A stretch of 124,000 nucleotides of DNA from Hyalangium minutum (GCF_000737315.1 NZ_JMCB01000005.1:144001-268000); one strand, 5' to 3'; shown: positions 48,520-61,523, numbered from the stretch's first letter. Notes: a model not told the origin generated them from the sequence alone. Numbers and translations are program-made.

Positions 48520-51132
48520 TCAGGCCGCCCGGGTCTCGCTGCCGCTGCCTCCACCGGAGGCCGTGCCGTCCGAGGGCGGCCGCTGCCCGCTCTTGCGCAC
48601 GCGCCGGTCGTGCATCAGCTGCATCACCGCGGCGAGCACCGTGAAGGACACCAGCAGCGTGGTGATGAGACCGATGCAGGCGACCACGCCCATGGAGCGC
48701 AGGCCGATGTGGCTGGCCGCCAGCAGCGCGGCGAAGCCGGACACCGCCGTCAGTGTCGAGGAGGCCACCGCGGCGCCCACGCTGCGCAGCGCCACCACCG
48801 GCGAGGTGCCTTCCAGGAAGCGGTGCAACAGATAGAGGCCGTGGCTCACCCCGAAGCCCAGGAGGATGGGCAGGATGATGATGTTCATGAAGTTCAGCCG
48901 CAGATCGAAGATCGACATGAACCCCAGCATCATCGCCAAGCCCACGGTGAGCGGGATGACGGACGCGAGCGCCAGCGGCACGCTGCGGAAGTCCGCGAAG
49001 TGCATGATGAGGATCCACAGCGCCACCAGGATGACGGTGAGCTGGCCGTCCTTGAGGACGATGCGCGCCAGCCGCGCGTAGAGCTGCGCGGCGCCGGCGG
49101 AGCGGAACTCCTTGCCGGAGGCGGTCTTGATGACGCTCGTCTCGTCGGCGAACTGGAGCATCAGCTTGCCGTCCCACAGGTCCACGCTCGGGTAGATGAA
49201 CGTGAGGAAGCCGTGGTTCTCCAGCTTGGTCTCCGGCAGGTGACGGAACTGCTTGGCGTAGATGTCCGGCACGCCGTTCACGTCGAAGGGCCGAGCCTCC
49301 AACATCTTCTTGAAGATGCCGGCCTTCTCTTGCATCTCGGGCGGCAGGGCGGCGACGTCGATCTCCTTCAGCTCCTCCTGCCACTCCTGGAGGATCTTCG
49401 CGTTGGCCTTCGCGTTCTCCGGCGGAGGCACGAACGTGTAGATGCTCACCACCTGGTCGATGGACTTGTACTTCTCCGGGTGGCCGGTGAGCTCGTCGTA
49501 GACCTCCTTCGCCTCCTCGAGCGTCTTCGTGTAGACGGCGATGGGATCGCTGGAGATCTGGAACCGGCGGGCAATCTCATCCTGGAGCTGCACGGAGGGC
49601 TGCTTGGCCGGCATCAGCGCGCGGGTGTTGTAGTTGAAGCGCACGCCATGCTGGATGCGCTCGTGCAGCGGCAGCTCCTTGCTGGCGGACACCTCCTGGC
49701 TGCTCCAAGGGATGGCGCACGCGCACACCACGGCGACGATGACGGAGCTGATGCCCAGCAGCAGCCCGGGGCGCGGGAAGCGGATCTCCTTGCCCGAGGC
49801 GTTGATGGTGGCCGGCGGCTTCATGGTGCCGATGAGCTTCTCGGGCAGCGCCGGGTTCATGCGGCCGATGAGCGCCAGCAGCGCCGGGCTCCAGGAGAAC
49901 AGCGTCAGGCCGAGGATGAGCGTGCCGCTGCCGGCCAGGAAGCCGAACTGGCTGAAGCCGCGGAACTCGCTGACCATCAGCACGTAGAACGAGCCCGCCG
50001 TCACCACCGCGGACACCGCGGCGGGGCGGCCCGCGTTGATGATCGCGTCCCGGATGGCGATGTCGTACGGCTTGCCCGCGCCCAGCTCCAGCCTCGTGCG
50101 GAAGACGAAGTGGATGCCGAAGTCGATGCCGAAGCCCATCAGGATGCCACCGAGGATGCTGGTGATCATGTTGAGCTCACCCACGGTGGCGTAGGTGAAG
50201 CCCATGGTGATGATGGTGCCAATCACCATGCCGCTCACCACGATGACGGTGGGCGCCCACTTGCGGAAGAAGGCAATCGTGATGGCGAGGATGGCCAGGA
50301 ACGCAATCACGGCCACCGGCTGCAGCGACTCCTCGATGGCGTACGAGTCATCCACCGCCGTCTTGTACGAGCCGGTGTAGCCGTAGGCGACCGTCTTCGC
50401 GTCGCCCATCGCGTCGTAGTCCTCGACCAGCTTCACGCCCTGCGGGTTCGTCTTCGAGTACTCGGCCAGGTCCTTGTTGAGCTTCTCGACGTACGCCTTC
50501 GTCTTGCCGAGCTCGTTGGTGTCCCACATCGGCTTGATGAGGATCATCATCATCTTGCGGTCAGGCGAGATGTAGTAGTCGTCGATGATGCTCTTCTTGC
50601 CCACGCTCGAGTACTTCGAGATGAGGTCCTGCAGGTCGAGCTTCACGGGCTCGGTCTTCTTCAGCTCGATGAAGAAGGGGTTGTTGCGCCGGAGCTGATC
50701 CTTCATGTACGCGCTGATGCGCTTCTTGCCCTCGGCCAGGTCCTCCGTCTTGATGAAGAGGGCCATGTTCTGCTGCACGAACTCGACCGGAATCTTGTAG
50801 GTGAAGAAACGGACGTTCTCCTTGTCCGCATCCAGCCGGGCCGCGATGTCATCCGCGACGCGCTTGAGCGTGGGCTCGTCCGAGGAGCGCAGCGCGAGCA
50901 TGAAGTAGCCGCTGCCGCCCACCATGTCGATGATGCGCTTGACCTCCTTCACCTCGGGCAGCTCCTGAGAGATCAGGTCGAGCTGGTTCGAGTTGATGGT
51001 CAGCTTGGACGTGCCGTAGAGCGAGATGCCCAGCAGCGCGAGGATGACGAGGAGGACCGTTCCCGGCCTGCGGACCATCAGTCCGGCATAGGCGAGGGCA
51101 AAGCGGTTTGGGGGGTGGGACGAGGTGCTCAT
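48520..51132 (-). CDS. MMPL/RND family lipid transporter
   Basis: Two TM blocks; GFGIDFGIH and GFGVSHGLYLL; ALTAVSGFAAL. Confidence 0.9.
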   Translation of the reverse strand: MSTSSHPPNRFALAYAGLMVRRPGTVLLVILALLGISLYGTSKLTINSNQLDLISQELPEVKEVKRIIDMVGGSGYFMLALRSSDEPTLKRVADDIAARLDADKENVRFFTYKIPVEFVQQNMALFIKTEDLAEGKKRISAYMKDQLRRNNPFFIELKKTEPVKLDLQDLISKYSSVGKKSIIDDYYISPDRKMMMILIKPMWDTNELGKTKAYVEKLNKDLAEYSKTNPQGVKLVEDYDAMGDAKTVAYGYTGSYKTAVDDSYAIEESLQPVAVIAFLAILAITIAFFRKWAPTVIVVSGMVIGTIITMGFTYATVGELNMITSILGGILMGFGIDFGIHFVFRTRLELGAGKPYDIAIRDAIINAGRPAAVSAVVTAGSFYVLMVSEFRGFSQFGFLAGSGTLILGLTLFSWSPALLALIGRMNPALPEKLIGTMKPPATINASGKEIRFPRPGLLLGISSVIVAVVCACAIPWSSQEVSASKELPLHERIQHGVRFNYNTRALMPAKQPSVQLQDEIARRFQISSDPIAVYTKTLEEAKEVYDELTGHPEKYKSIDQVVSIYTFVPPPENAKANAKILQEWQEELKEIDVAALPPEMQEKAGIFKKMLEARPFDVNGVPDIYAKQFRHLPETKLENHGFLTFIYPSVDLWDGKLMLQFADETSVIKTASGKEFRSAGAAQLYARLARIVLKDGQLTVILVALWILIMHFADFRSVPLALASVIPLTVGLAMMLGFMSIFDLRLNFMNIIILPILLGFGVSHGLYLLHRFLEGTSPVVALRSVGAAVASSTLTAVSGFAALLAASHIGLRSMGVVACIGLITTLLVSFTVLAAVMQLMHDRRVRKSGQRPPSDGTASGGGSGSETRAA

Positions 51133-51319
51133 TGCGGGGGGACCCTACCGGCAAATGGCCCGTCTCGGAAGCAGCGCCTGCGCGCCCGGTTGCTGGGGCG
51201 GCGTCCGCGCTACAGGTTGAGCCCGGGAGGGAGGCGGCCGGGCGCCTACCCCTGATGCAGGACGGGCCTCCTCCCGAGGTAGGAAGAGGCCCAGCCGGAT
51301 GCCACACAGACGGGTGGGG

Positions 51320-51904
51320 CTACTTGAGGACGACGGACTTCAGCTCCTGGTCCTTGTCGCGCATCGCCTTGAGCAGCGCGTCCCAGCCACCCTCCTTGAG
51401 GAGCGGGCGGACCTGATCATCGCGGATGCCGGTGAGCATGGAGTCTCCGAGCACCGCCACGTCGACCACCTTCCAGCCGGCCTTGTCCTTGGCCAGGGCG
51501 TACTTGAGCTTGAGCTCCTGCTTCTTCATCGGGTGGTCGATGACGACGGTGGAGGCGACCTTCGCCTCTTCGCCCGTTACTTCAGGGTCCTCGTAGGTGA
51601 TGGAGGCCAGGTTCTTGAAGTTGTCGCGGACCTTGGGGAAGGCAATCTTCGCGAAGAGGTTGTGGAAGAGCTGGATGAACTCCTTGCGCTGGGCCTCGGA
51701 GGCCTTCTCCCACTCCTCGCCGACGAGGAACTTGGCCTGCTGCTCACCGCCAAAGTTCTTGAGGGCGGCCAGGTCCTTGCCATAGCGCACGGACTGGACG
51801 ACGGTCTTCACGGGCTTGGAGACCGCCTCGTTCGGCGCGGCGAAAGCCGGCAGGGCGAGCACGAGGGCGGCCAGAAGGGGGACGCAGCGGAGGCGAGCGT
51901 TCAT
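51320..51904 (-). CDS. MlaC/Ttg2D (HpnM-like) lipid-binding protein
   Basis: Signal peptide; QRKEFIQLF; WKVVDVAVLGDSM. Confidence 0.75.
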   Translation of the reverse strand: MNARLRCVPLLAALVLALPAFAAPNEAVSKPVKTVVQSVRYGKDLAALKNFGGEQQAKFLVGEEWEKASEAQRKEFIQLFHNLFAKIAFPKVRDNFKNLASITYEDPEVTGEEAKVASTVVIDHPMKKQELKLKYALAKDKAGWKVVDVAVLGDSMLTGIRDDQVRPLLKEGGWDALLKAMRDKDQELKSVVLK

Positions 51905-52051
51905 ACGGATCCTTGTTCCTGTCGAAAGGAAGCGAGGGCTTCCTGTAGCCCAGGGGAACGTCTGGCGCTCTGGAAAATTCACTCAGCGTTCCGGGCCCCT
52001 TGCCTGCCGGGCAGGACACAGAAAATCGAATTCGAGGGCTGCTCACGGGGT

Positions 52052-52081
52052 TTGACTGGGGAAGGACCCCACGTCTAGTGT
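52052..52081 (+). promoter_or_regulatory. Candidate sigma70-type promoter of metK
   Basis: TTGACT-N18-TAGTGT, about 48 nt upstream of the metK ATG. Confidence 0.4.
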
Positions 52082-52128
52082 CCGGTGACGCGGGACTTCG
52101 CGCCTGCCTCAAAATCTCCCGAGAAGAC

Positions 52129-54709
<2,581 letters not shown>

Positions 54710-54719
54710 GCCGCGGAAG

Positions 54720-54880
54720 AGAGAGGGGAAAGGTTGCTGCCCGAGTGGTGAAGCCACTTTTGGTTGGCTGACCAATTCAGGTCTGGAGCGGAGTTGAACC
54801 GCGTCGCTTATGAGGCGATTACCAGGAGCGTGTGGGGCCTCACCGGCCAGGCAGCTGAGGGGAAGGACGAAATTCCCCTT
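54720..54880. ncRNA. Candidate structured RNA in the ahcY/ychJ convergent spacer
   Basis: Nested pairings: 54724-30/54873-79, 54736-41/54850-55, 54747-51/54840-44, 54783-86/54822-25, plus two apical hairpins; family unknown. Confidence 0.3.
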
Positions 54881-54901
54881 AAAATCCTGACAGCGCTCCT
54901 G

Positions 54902-55372
54902 TCACTCCGGGAAGGTCGCCAGCGTGAGGGCCTCGGGCGGGCCCTTCAGCTCGCGAGGAAGCTTCAGCACCCCGGAGTGGTAGCGCCAGCCCGTCCCGTC
55001 GTGGCGGAAGTCCGAGCGCTCCACGAACGAGCGGTCCTTTCCCTTCTCGAACACCTTGGCGAAGAAGAGCACCTGCGCCACGCCCTGCTCGTCCGGTGGC
55101 CGGCGGTCCATGACCACCAGCCCTGGGAACTGGTGGGTCTGCAGGTAGGTGCGCAGCTCACGTGACGCCTCGGCCTCCGGCCGTTTCCGGTCCGGGTGAT
55201 CCGGGTGCAGGGACTTCCAGAGCCAGGCTACCTCGCGCATCGCAAAGGCGCTGTAGCGGGAGCGCATGAGCGCCTCGGCGTCGGGAGGCTCGGCCTGGCC
55301 ACGGTGGTAGGGCGCGCAGCACTGGCTGTAGCGAAGGCCAGACGAACAGGGGCAGGGTGGGGCAGGGGGCAT
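54902..55372 (-). CDS. YchJ (SEC-C motif) family protein
   Basis: CPCSSGLRYSQCC, ALMRSRYSAF, ERSDF..WRY. Confidence 0.85.
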   Translation of the reverse strand: MPPAPPCPCSSGLRYSQCCAPYHRGQAEPPDAEALMRSRYSAFAMREVAWLWKSLHPDHPDRKRPEAEASRELRTYLQTHQFPGLVVMDRRPPDEQGVAQVLFFAKVFEKGKDRSFVERSDFRHDGTGWRYHSGVLKLPRELKGPPEALTLATFPE

Positions 55373-55503
55373 ACCGGTCGCCTCAGAGCCTACCCTCAGG
55401 CGGGCCTTGCCTACCTCCCGACGTATTCACCGGTGGACAGCGCACCGGGAGGTCATGGCCCTTGCGGGCCAGGGGTGGAAGGCTTACATCCGGTCCTCTC
55501 CTT

Positions 55504-56400
55504 ATGAGTCTCATCGAAGCCATCGTCCTCGGGCTGGTCCAGGGGCTCACTGAGTTCCTTCCCATCAGCTCCACCGCGCACCTGCGCATCGTCCCGGAGC
55601 TGCTCGGCTGGAAGGATCCCGGTGCGGCCTACTCTGCCGTCATCCAGCTGGGCACGGTGGCCGCCGTGCTCATCTACTTCCGCGGCGACCTGGTGAAGCT
55701 CACCGTCGCCTTCTTCCAGGGGCTCGCGCGCCGCCAGCCGTTCGCCACCCTGGAGTCCCGCCTGGCGTGGTTCGTGCTCGTGGGCACCCTGCCCATCGGC
55801 ATCTGCGGGCTCGCGTTCAAGAAGCACATCGAGAGCTCCCTGCGCTCGCTCTACATCATCTCCACCAGCCTCATCGTCCTGGCCATCATCCTCTTCATCG
55901 TGGAGCGCGTGGCCTCGCACCAGCGGACCGTGGCTGACATGCGCTGGAAGGATGCCATCATCATCGGCGCGTGGCAGTCCGTGGCGCTCATCCCGGGCTC
56001 GTCGCGCTCGGGCACCACGCTCACGGGAGCGCTGTCGCTCGGGCTGCGGCGCGAGGATGCCGCCCGGTACTCCTTCTTGCTCTCCATTCCCGCCACGACG
56101 CTCGCGGGCGTCTTCGAGCTCAAGCATCTGCTGGAGGCGGAGACCCGGCCGTCCACCGTGGCTCTGGCCACGGGGACCCTCGTCGCGTTCGCCTCGGGCT
56201 GGGCCGCCATCGCGTGGCTGCTGCGCTACCTGCGCACGCGCTCGACGATGATCTTCGTCGTGTACCGCGTGGCGCTCGGGCTGGTGCTGATCGGCCTGCT
56301 CCAGGCCGGCGTGCTCAAGCCGCTCTCGGGCGTGGAGAACGTCGCAACGAATCCGTCGGAGCCTACGAAGCCCCCCGTGGAAAAGCAGGTCACCGACTGA
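55504..56400 (+). CDS. uppP: Undecaprenyl-diphosphatase
   Basis: QGLTEFLPISSTAH and PGSSRSGTT. Confidence 0.93.
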   Translation: MSLIEAIVLGLVQGLTEFLPISSTAHLRIVPELLGWKDPGAAYSAVIQLGTVAAVLIYFRGDLVKLTVAFFQGLARRQPFATLESRLAWFVLVGTLPIGICGLAFKKHIESSLRSLYIISTSLIVLAIILFIVERVASHQRTVADMRWKDAIIIGAWQSVALIPGSSRSGTTLTGALSLGLRREDAARYSFLLSIPATTLAGVFELKHLLEAETRPSTVALATGTLVAFASGWAAIAWLLRYLRTRSTMIFVVYRVALGLVLIGLLQAGVLKPLSGVENVATNPSEPTKPPVEKQVTD

Positions 56401-56401
56401 C

Positions 56402-57016
56402 GTGGACGCTCTCTTCGACAGACTGGAGGCGCAGCTCGCCTCCCACCCGCCCCGGCCCCTGAACCTGCCGGGATTGGTGCTGCGCGAGTCCGCGGTGCTC
56501 GTCCCGCTGTTCGAGCGCGACGGCGTGCCTCATGTCCTCTTCACGCGCCGTCCCGCTCACCTGCGCAACCACGCCAACCAGTTCTCCTTCCCCGGTGGAG
56601 GCCGCGACGCGGAGGACCTCACGCCTCTGCACACCGCACTCCGCGAGACCGAGGAGGAGCTCGGCATCGACCGCAACCGGGTGCGGGTGATCGGGATGCT
56701 GGATGAGCTTCCCACCGTCACCTCGTTCCGCATCCAGCCGTTCGTGGGCATCATCCCCAGCGACGGGCAGTACCGACCCAACGCCGATGAGGTGGCGTTC
56801 ATCCTCGAGGTGCCTCTGGCGGGGTTGATGGACCCGTCCATTCGCCGCACCGAGCAGCGCACATGGGAGGGTGTGGAGTACGACGTGTACTTCTACACGT
56901 ACGACTCGCACGTCATCTGGGGCGCCACGGCGCGCATCCTCTACAACCTGCTGGAGCACATCGCGCAGATGCCCTCGGGCAGCGCCACGCCCCTGGCGGG
57001 CAGCGGTACCGGGTGA
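56402..57016 (+). CDS. Nudix CoA pyrophosphatase family
   Basis: SAVLVPL, FPGG..D..D, ALRETEEE, IWGATA. Confidence 0.88.
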   Translation: MDALFDRLEAQLASHPPRPLNLPGLVLRESAVLVPLFERDGVPHVLFTRRPAHLRNHANQFSFPGGGRDAEDLTPLHTALRETEEELGIDRNRVRVIGMLDELPTVTSFRIQPFVGIIPSDGQYRPNADEVAFILEVPLAGLMDPSIRRTEQRTWEGVEYDVYFYTYDSHVIWGATARILYNLLEHIAQMPSGSATPLAGSGTG

Positions 57017-57029
57017 GGGCGCCCGCGCC

Positions 57030-58454
57030 TCAGAACTGCAGGTAGACGTACGGCCGGGCCTCGACCGAGGCCAGGTGGCGGATGCCCAAGCCGATTCCCA
57101 CCAGCACCACCGCGCGCACCGGAACGGGCAGACGTACGAAGAGCGTCCCCCCGAGCTCGTAGAGCTTCATCGGCAGCGCGTGGCTTACCACCGCAACGGC
57201 GAGCATGATCCACACCAGCATGCTCACGTTGGCCAGCCCCGGGATGAACAAGAGCATGCGCTCGTAGAACTCGGCCGCGTGCGTCATGTCCGGTGCCCGG
57301 AACACCACGCGCGTCAGCACCACCAGCGTGAACGTGAAGAGCATCCCCACGCCCGCGCGGAGCCAGCTCACCGACTCCTTCTCCGGCCGTCCGCCTCGGA
57401 TCCACCACCACGTGCGGGTGATGCACAGGCCCACGCCGTGCACGGCACCCCACACCGCAAAGCGCCAGTCCGCCCCGTGCCACAGGCCGCCCAGCACCAT
57501 CACCGTCATCAGGTTGAACAGCACCCGTGGCTTCGAGGCCCGGTTGCCGCCCAGCGGAATGTAGAGGTAGTCCCGCAGCCAGCTCGACAGGCTCATGTGC
57601 CAGCGGTTCCAGAACTCGAAGAGGTTCTTCGCCAGGTACGGCCGCGCGAAGTTCTCTGGGAACTCGAAGCCCAGCAGTGCCGCCGCGCCAATCGCGATGT
57701 CCGAGTACCCCGAGAAGTCGAAGTACAGCTCGAACGTGTAGGCCACTGCCGCCATCGCGCACTCGGCCGAGGTGTACGCCGCGGGGTCTCCGAAGACCGG
57801 GTCTACCAGCCCGCTCCCCAGCACGTCCGCGATCACCATCTTCTTCACCAGGCCCACCGCGATCCGGTACATCGCCCGGCCGCCCTGCTCGGTCGTCAGC
57901 GTGGGCACGTCGTTGAAGCGATCCAGCAGCGCCGAGGCCCTCACGATGGGCCCCGAGACGACGCGCGGGAAGAAGAGCAGGTAGAGCAGGTGCTCCAGGT
58001 AGCTGTGCTCCGCGCTCGCCTTGCCGCGGTACACGTCCACCACGTAGCTGATCGCCTGGAAGCACAGGAACGACAGACCGATGGGCAGGATCAGCCCGAA
58101 GGGCTCCTGGCGCACCTCGATGCCCCAGGGCGCCAGCAGCGACCGCGCCGTCTCGCGGAACAGCTCCGCGTACTTGAACGTGGCCAGCATGCCCAGGTTC
58201 GACACCACCGACGCCGTCACCAGCAGCTTGCGCAGCCGGGAAGACTGCGTCCGCGCCAGTCCCCGGACAATGAGGTGGTCCACCGCCGCGCCCCAGAAGA
58301 AGACCAGGACCGGCAGCGGTGTCCACACCGTATAGAAGTAGAGGCTCGAGACGAGCAGCACGCCCAGGCGCGCCACTCGGTGGCGGTGCACCGCCCAGTA
58401 CAGCGCGAAGACCAGGGCCAGGAAGGCCAGATAGGAGATGCTGGTGGACGGCAT
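57030..58454 (-). CDS. MBOAT O-acyltransferase (AlgI/PatA/DltB-like)
   Basis: PIGLSF..FQAISY, DFSGYSD, FWNRWHMSLS and GLWHGA. Confidence 0.92.
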   Translation of the reverse strand: MPSTSISYLAFLALVFALYWAVHRHRVARLGVLLVSSLYFYTVWTPLPVLVFFWGAAVDHLIVRGLARTQSSRLRKLLVTASVVSNLGMLATFKYAELFRETARSLLAPWGIEVRQEPFGLILPIGLSFLCFQAISYVVDVYRGKASAEHSYLEHLLYLLFFPRVVSGPIVRASALLDRFNDVPTLTTEQGGRAMYRIAVGLVKKMVIADVLGSGLVDPVFGDPAAYTSAECAMAAVAYTFELYFDFSGYSDIAIGAAALLGFEFPENFARPYLAKNLFEFWNRWHMSLSSWLRDYLYIPLGGNRASKPRVLFNLMTVMVLGGLWHGADWRFAVWGAVHGVGLCITRTWWWIRGGRPEKESVSWLRAGVGMLFTFTLVVLTRVVFRAPDMTHAAEFYERMLLFIPGLANVSMLVWIMLAVAVVSHALPMKLYELGGTLFVRLPVPVRAVVLVGIGLGIRHLASVEARPYVYLQF

Positions 58455-58455
58455 G

Positions 58456-61401
58456 TCAGCCTCCCTCCGCGTTTCGCGCGACCGGCGCTGGCATCGAAGG
58501 GGCCGCGGAGGCGCGGGCCTGAGGCATCGGCGCGGACTCCGTCTCAGGGTGGAGTAGCTGCATCGGAGCCTGGCCCTGCGTCGGACCGGGGGCGGGAGGC
58601 GTAGGGCCGGTCTCCGGAGCGCCCTGCTTCGGCGTGGGCGCCTGGGTTGGCACCTGGCCCGGATCCGGCGCCTGCACCTGCTCGCGGGGCGCCAATTTGT
58701 AGGCCTCGTAGGCGGAGAGCAGGTCCTTCATGAAGGAGGCGGCCAGTTGCTCGTAGCCAGGCTGTGTCAGGTGCGTGCCGTCCTCGTGGCCCAGGGCCGG
58801 CTCAGCGCGCTGCCAGCGCAGCATGGAGCGCTCACCGCCCATCGCCGCCCGGGCGGACCAGTAGGCACAGCCCGCCTCGTGGGCCACCGCCGGGAGCGTG
58901 GTGAGCACCCGTCCCAGCGCGCTCGCCTCCGTCCAGCGCCCATTCGCGTCCTGCATCAGCCGGTCCGTTGGGCCGATGAGCAGGCACTCCGCGCCCGTGG
59001 AGGCGCGCAGCCGTGAGAGCAGGGCCACGTACTCTTTGTGCCATGCCTCCGGGTCGAGATCGGGCAGGCCCGCCTCGTTGGTTCCGTACCAGAGCACGAG
59101 CAACTGCGGCTTGCGCGACGTGAGCTGCTTCTCCAGCGCCGCTGGCTCTTCGCGGCTGAGCGTGAACGCCGTACTGCCAGGAAGGCCGGCGGAGTCGAAG
59201 GTGACGCCGGGCTGCTCGAAGTCCAGAGCTGCGCCGAGCACCGTGATGGGACCTCCTCCTGCGTTCGTGACTTCAATCGAGTGCGCCGGGCCCGTGACAG
59301 GGAAGTGGCGGATGCGCACCGTGGCGGCAGTGACAGCCTCGGGCGGTGGCTCCTCGGCGGGGACTGCCTCGCCGTCGACCTTCACCTCCAGCTTCCCGGC
59401 TCCCGGCGCGTCCAGCCAGTACAGGGACAGCTGCGCCTTGGGCACCTTCGCGTCCTGGCAACCCTCGCAGAACGTCATGCGCAGCGAGGCCCCAGGCGCT
59501 CCCACCGCTCGGATGCCCGTGAGTCCCCAAGCCTCGCCAGGCTGGGCCTCGGGCTGCATCGCGTCCAGCACCTGCCACTCGCCCGTCAGCTCGCGCGACA
59601 CTTGCGCCGCCGCCAGCCGCTGGGAGGACTTGCCCGCCGCGATGAAGCCTCGCCCGCCGTCTCCGAACTTCTTGGTGAAGGTGCCACGGGCCGCGTCCGT
59701 GAAGAAGTGCGCCGCCGTGTGAGACGCGCCCAGCTGGACGATGCCCAGCCGCTCCGTGCTCTTCTTCTCCTCCAGCGCCCGCAGCCTCGCGAAGGTGCCC
59801 TTCAGCGCGGTGCTGCCCTCGATGAGCCCCGGCGGATCGTCCACCATGAGCAGCGGCTCGTGCTCCTTGGCATACGCACGCTGGAGCGCGAAGTCGAACA
59901 GGTGGCCCAGCAGGTCCGAGCCCCGGGCCCTCGGGTGCACCAGGTCCTCATTGAGCAGTCCCGTCGAAAGCCACTGGATCGAAGCGCCCTCGCCACCCAT
60001 CGCCGTCAGCGCGTCCCAGAAGGCACAGCCGCCCTCGCGCGCCACCTCGCGGAAGATGTCTCCCACTTCCTTCGAGCCCCGGCGCGGCACGAGCTCGCCA
60101 CCCATCGTTCGCACCGCCGCGTCGATCGGTGCCATCAACAGGCACGCCGCCTCCGGCACCGACTCGCGCACCTGCTTCACCAGCTCCGTCGCCTGGCTGC
60201 GGATCTCCTCGGGGGTGATGCGGTTGCGCGAGATGTAGAAGGCCTCGTTGCCGCCCACCATCAGCACCACCAGCGACGGCTTGCGGTGGCGCAGCTGCGA
60301 CCGGAAGGCGCCCTTCTGCGCTCGGAGGAAGACCTCCGCCGTCGCGCCCGGCAGGCCGATGGTGTCGTACACCACGCCCGGCTTGCCCGTCTCCAGCGAG
60401 ACACCGTGCAGCTCCACCTTCCCATACGTCTGCAGCGAGAGCGTCTTCGTGCCCTCGGGCAGCGCGAAGCGCGAGAACGCCACGCCCGGTAGCTCGAAGC
60501 GCGTCTGCAGGCGCTGCAGCGGCTTGCCGTCCGCGCTGAACTGCACCGAGCCGCCATCCGGCTTCGTCTGGAAGAACAGCTCCGCGAAGCGCGCGCCCTC
60601 GGCCGGGAAGCGCACGCTCGGATTGCCCGTGCCCGCAGACGCGAACGCCACGCCCGTGTAGCCCAGCTTGTCCTTGGGATAGTTCCGGTCGATGAGCCGG
60701 CTGATCTGCCAGCCCTCGCTCGCCGTGCCCGTGCGCACCGAGCGCCCCGCGCCCGTGGGCCGGTCCACCCAGAGGAACCCCTTGCCGCCCGAGCCGTGGC
60801 GCTCCTGCAGCCGCGCCCGGATCATGTCCGTGATGTGGTCCGAGGCAATCAGCGAGTCGCCCAGGTGCACCACCCTCACGGGTTGCTTCCGCCGGTCCTC
60901 GCGCAGCTCGTTCAAGGCCGTGAAGAACGGGGCCAGTCCGCTCTCCTCGCACCCGTTGGCCCCCATGCGCCGGCAGCCCAGCTCGATGTCCACGTGCTGC
61001 GAGCCCATCTTCTCGCGCAGCGTCTCCAGCGACAGCGCCCGGGCCCGCGTGAGCGTGGTCAGCCCCTCCAGGTCCGACGGCGGCGCCGTGGCCGCGGTGG
61101 GGGACTCCTCCTCAACGGTGGGCGTCTCCTCCTCGGGAACCGCGGGCTCCTCGGAAGGCGGCTGGGTGGGTACTCCCGCCAGCGCATCATCCTTGATAGG
61201 ACCTGACGAGCCCTTTCCCATCAGGGACTTGGGCAGCAACAGCTCCGCCAACCGTGGCGCCAGCGGTGCGTCCTTGCGCAAGGTAGGGATGGGACGAAAG
61301 GCCTCCGGCAGCGGCGCGAGGGAGAGTCCGAGCGCGAGCGCCGCCGTGAGGACGATTGTCCATCCCGTGGTTTTGGCCTTGGGGTCCAACTTGCCGAGCA
61401 T
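58456..61401 (-). CDS. Tandem SGNH/GDSL acetyltransferase-like protein (PatB/AlgJ-like)
   Basis: Two modules: GDSL...GGNE...DLVHP and GASH...GTNE...DGTHL; 1-nt gap to the MBOAT gene. Confidence 0.8.
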   Translation of the reverse strand: MLGKLDPKAKTTGWTIVLTAALALGLSLAPLPEAFRPIPTLRKDAPLAPRLAELLLPKSLMGKGSSGPIKDDALAGVPTQPPSEEPAVPEEETPTVEEESPTAATAPPSDLEGLTTLTRARALSLETLREKMGSQHVDIELGCRRMGANGCEESGLAPFFTALNELREDRRKQPVRVVHLGDSLIASDHITDMIRARLQERHGSGGKGFLWVDRPTGAGRSVRTGTASEGWQISRLIDRNYPKDKLGYTGVAFASAGTGNPSVRFPAEGARFAELFFQTKPDGGSVQFSADGKPLQRLQTRFELPGVAFSRFALPEGTKTLSLQTYGKVELHGVSLETGKPGVVYDTIGLPGATAEVFLRAQKGAFRSQLRHRKPSLVVLMVGGNEAFYISRNRITPEEIRSQATELVKQVRESVPEAACLLMAPIDAAVRTMGGELVPRRGSKEVGDIFREVAREGGCAFWDALTAMGGEGASIQWLSTGLLNEDLVHPRARGSDLLGHLFDFALQRAYAKEHEPLLMVDDPPGLIEGSTALKGTFARLRALEEKKSTERLGIVQLGASHTAAHFFTDAARGTFTKKFGDGGRGFIAAGKSSQRLAAAQVSRELTGEWQVLDAMQPEAQPGEAWGLTGIRAVGAPGASLRMTFCEGCQDAKVPKAQLSLYWLDAPGAGKLEVKVDGEAVPAEEPPPEAVTAATVRIRHFPVTGPAHSIEVTNAGGGPITVLGAALDFEQPGVTFDSAGLPGSTAFTLSREEPAALEKQLTSRKPQLLVLWYGTNEAGLPDLDPEAWHKEYVALLSRLRASTGAECLLIGPTDRLMQDANGRWTEASALGRVLTTLPAVAHEAGCAYWSARAAMGGERSMLRWQRAEPALGHEDGTHLTQPGYEQLAASFMKDLLSAYEAYKLAPREQVQAPDPGQVPTQAPTPKQGAPETGPTPPAPGPTQGQAPMQLLHPETESAPMPQARASAAPSMPAPVARNAEGG

Positions 61402-61523
61402 GAGACTGGCTTTTTAGGGCCGGGTCAAAACTCTGATCACGGGTGTCCCGGTTGGGGGGCAGACAGGCACACAGGCGGTGAAGCTGCCGCCCGCATCTCC
61501 AAGAGGCTATGGTGCGCCGCCTC

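Noticed and set aside
54780-54830. tRNA-Met/Ile2 gene (CTCATAA loop, GGTTCAACTCC)
   Set aside because: It lacks a D-arm, variable loop, 7-bp acceptor stem and CCA. Kept only as a candidate structured RNA.
54853-54875. Hammerhead ribozyme core (CTGA...GAAA)
   Set aside because: The sequence is CTGAGGG, not CUGANGA, and the three required stems are not formed.
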